64,000 nucleotides of DNA from Pseudobutyrivibrio sp. (lineage in GTDB: Bacteria; Bacillota; Clostridia; Lachnospirales; Lachnospiraceae). The position numbers and the translations under genes were made by a program. The stretch is taken from positions 20,998-84,997 of the forward strand of contig JAZLJM010000057.1 in assembly GCA_045617805.1 (NCBI GenBank). The letters run 5' to 3'. How positions within the stretch are numbered: position 1 is the stretch's first letter; every line of letters begins with the position of its first letter. Shown piece by piece: positions 62,565 to 64,000 of this stretch. The notes below the pieces were generated by a model. That model was not told the DNA's origin. It saw only the letters and a program-made list of their open reading frames with translations, and ran no database searches.

Positions 62565-63563
62565 ATGAAAAAGATTACTAAAAAACTATTGGCATTAATA
62601 CTTTGTGTATTATCAATTTCCTTTGTTGGATGTGGTGCTTCATCTGGTTCATCATCAGGCTCAGGTTCAAAAAAGATTCTTGTAGTTACAAATGAATTGG
62701 ATACCTTCCGTCAGGCACTTGTCGATGCTGCTTTGGAAGCTGGCGAAGCAAAAGGATACACAATGGATCTTAAGACAGCAACAACTGCTGATGAGCAGGT
62801 TCAGATTATTGCAGATGCAAAGGGCGGCGGATACGGTGGAATCTTATGTATTCCTTGTGATTCAAACACAGCTCTTCAGCTTGAGATTACAGCTGGTGAC
62901 TTACCAATCGTATTCACAAACTCAATGCCTAGTGATACTTACTTAAAACCTGGAAAATATGTATACTGCGGTTCATCTGAGCGTGACGCTGGTAACTTCC
63001 AGGCACAATTCGTACTTGATAAGCTTGGAAATAAGGATGAACTCAATGTCATCATCCTTAAGGGTGAAAAAGGTCACTCTGGTACAAACGGACGTACAGG
63101 TGCTGTAAAAGATGCTCTTAGAGCTTCAGGCAAGAACTTCAACATCGTATTTGAAGATTACGGCTACTGGGATACAGAAAAGGCTAAGAACATGTTCCTT
63201 ACCTTCAATAAAACAGGTAACCCTGTTGATGCAGTATTCTGTAACAACGACAACATGGCAATCGGTGTAATCGATGCTTGCAAGGAACTTGGTATTGACC
63301 CTAAATCAATCCTTATCTGCGGCGTAGATGCTACAGCAGATGGCTGTAAGGCAATCGCAGATGGTACAATGGCATACACAGTTTGCCAGAATGCAAAAGG
63401 TCAGGGAATCACATGTATTGATGCTCTCGATGCTGTAACAAAGGGCAAAGACCTTTCAGAAGCTACACTCTCTGATCCAAACGAAGTTGTAACTGCAGAT
63501 GGTTTACACCTCTATTATCCATTCGAACCAGTTACAAAGGATAACGTAGCTGATTACCAGTAA
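62565..63563 (+). CDS. RbsB/MglB-type monosaccharide-binding lipoprotein
   Basis: FVGC lipobox, DTFR, R..G, W, NNDNMAIG, GVDA, TV.Q. Confidence 0.88.
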   Translation: MKKITKKLLALILCVLSISFVGCGASSGSSSGSGSKKILVVTNELDTFRQALVDAALEAGEAKGYTMDLKTATTADEQVQIIADAKGGGYGGILCIPCDSNTALQLEITAGDLPIVFTNSMPSDTYLKPGKYVYCGSSERDAGNFQAQFVLDKLGNKDELNVIILKGEKGHSGTNGRTGAVKDALRASGKNFNIVFEDYGYWDTEKAKNMFLTFNKTGNPVDAVFCNNDNMAIGVIDACKELGIDPKSILICGVDATADGCKAIADGTMAYTVCQNAKGQGITCIDALDAVTKGKDLSEATLSDPNEVVTADGLHLYYPFEPVTKDNVADYQ

Positions 63564-63588
63564 TACTCATAGTTAACCTATAAAATAC

Positions 63589-63628
63589 AAAGCAGATTCT
63601 TATGTTTTCATGGGAATCTGCTTTTTTA
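63589..63628 (+). terminator. Rho-independent terminator
   Basis: AAAGCAGATTC...GAATCTGCTTT followed by a T run. Confidence 0.75.
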
Positions 63629-63772
63629 ATCTTAAAAACACAATAAAAAATCTACAAAATATCATTTTCTAAATTATTCTTTCCCAAAAACAAAATTTAC
63701 ACGAATTCATAATTTTTTTTATGCAGAAATTTCACAACTTTTGGTTATCTTATAAATATGGAGAAGTAGCCT

Positions 63773-64000
63773 ATGGGAAAAGTAGCTTATGGGACGGAAA
63801 TGTCCGTCGAACAACGAAATAGAGAGCTCCGCACTAAGTACAAATCTCCTTTAATTAAATGGTACCAGGCCACTATGACAAAGGAGGAAAAGTACAAGCT
63901 TGGCATGATGACTGTGGACGAATACTACGAATGGCAAGCTGAACTTGCTGCTGAAGAGGAAGCAAAGAAGGCTGAAGAAGCTCATTCTGACGAGAAGAAG
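63773..64000 (+). CDS. Hypothetical protein, truncated by the window edge
   Basis: GGAG RBS, then an open frame MGKVAYGTEMSVEQRNRELRTKYKSPLIKWYQ... running to position 64000. Confidence 0.55.
   Translation, partial: MGKVAYGTEMSVEQRNRELRTKYKSPLIKWYQATMTKEEKYKLGMMTVDEYYEWQAELAAEEEAKKAEEAHSDEKK

Noticed and set aside
1147-63379. Many short antisense or alternate-frame ORFs nested in long genes (e.g. 1754-2293, 2381-2992, 21310-21744)
   Set aside because: Shadow ORFs of well-supported genes, with no recognisable motifs or RBS.

Overview
Low-GC Firmicute chromosome segment. Gene content suggests a Lachnospiraceae-type rumen/gut bacterium (inference). From left to right: a repeat-rich Ni/Co ECF transporter locus (cbiM/cbiQ-like); a heterodimeric ABC exporter; a secreted amidohydrolase; then, downstream of tRNA-Pro(CGG), a 2976-aa trimodular reductase-terminated NRPS (A-T-C-A-T-C-A-T-R) overlapping a membrane HAMP-PP2C-RsbW-like kinase fusion, followed by a STAS protein. 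Next come a ROK kinase and class A PBP, then an AT-rich cassette (GAF-fused ABC ATPase, FtsX permease, ACP, acyltransferase-3, acyl-CoA/AMP ligase) behind a GGDEF-EAL gene. The rest holds galM, an Ala/Gly symporter, split transketolase, an ATPase, phosphoketolase, Fe-ADH, a fliB-like gene, dtd, a candidate structured sRNA, a xylo-oligosaccharide utilisation locus (GH8 Rex-like, two binding proteins, permeases, YesM/YesN-like system, GH43, esterases) and an MCP plus sugar-binding lipoprotein pair. The best candidate for an undescribed system is the NRPS + partner-switch module, possibly linked to the nearby GAF-ABC/ACP/acyltransferase cassette. All assignments come from motif recognition by eye; no database searches were run.
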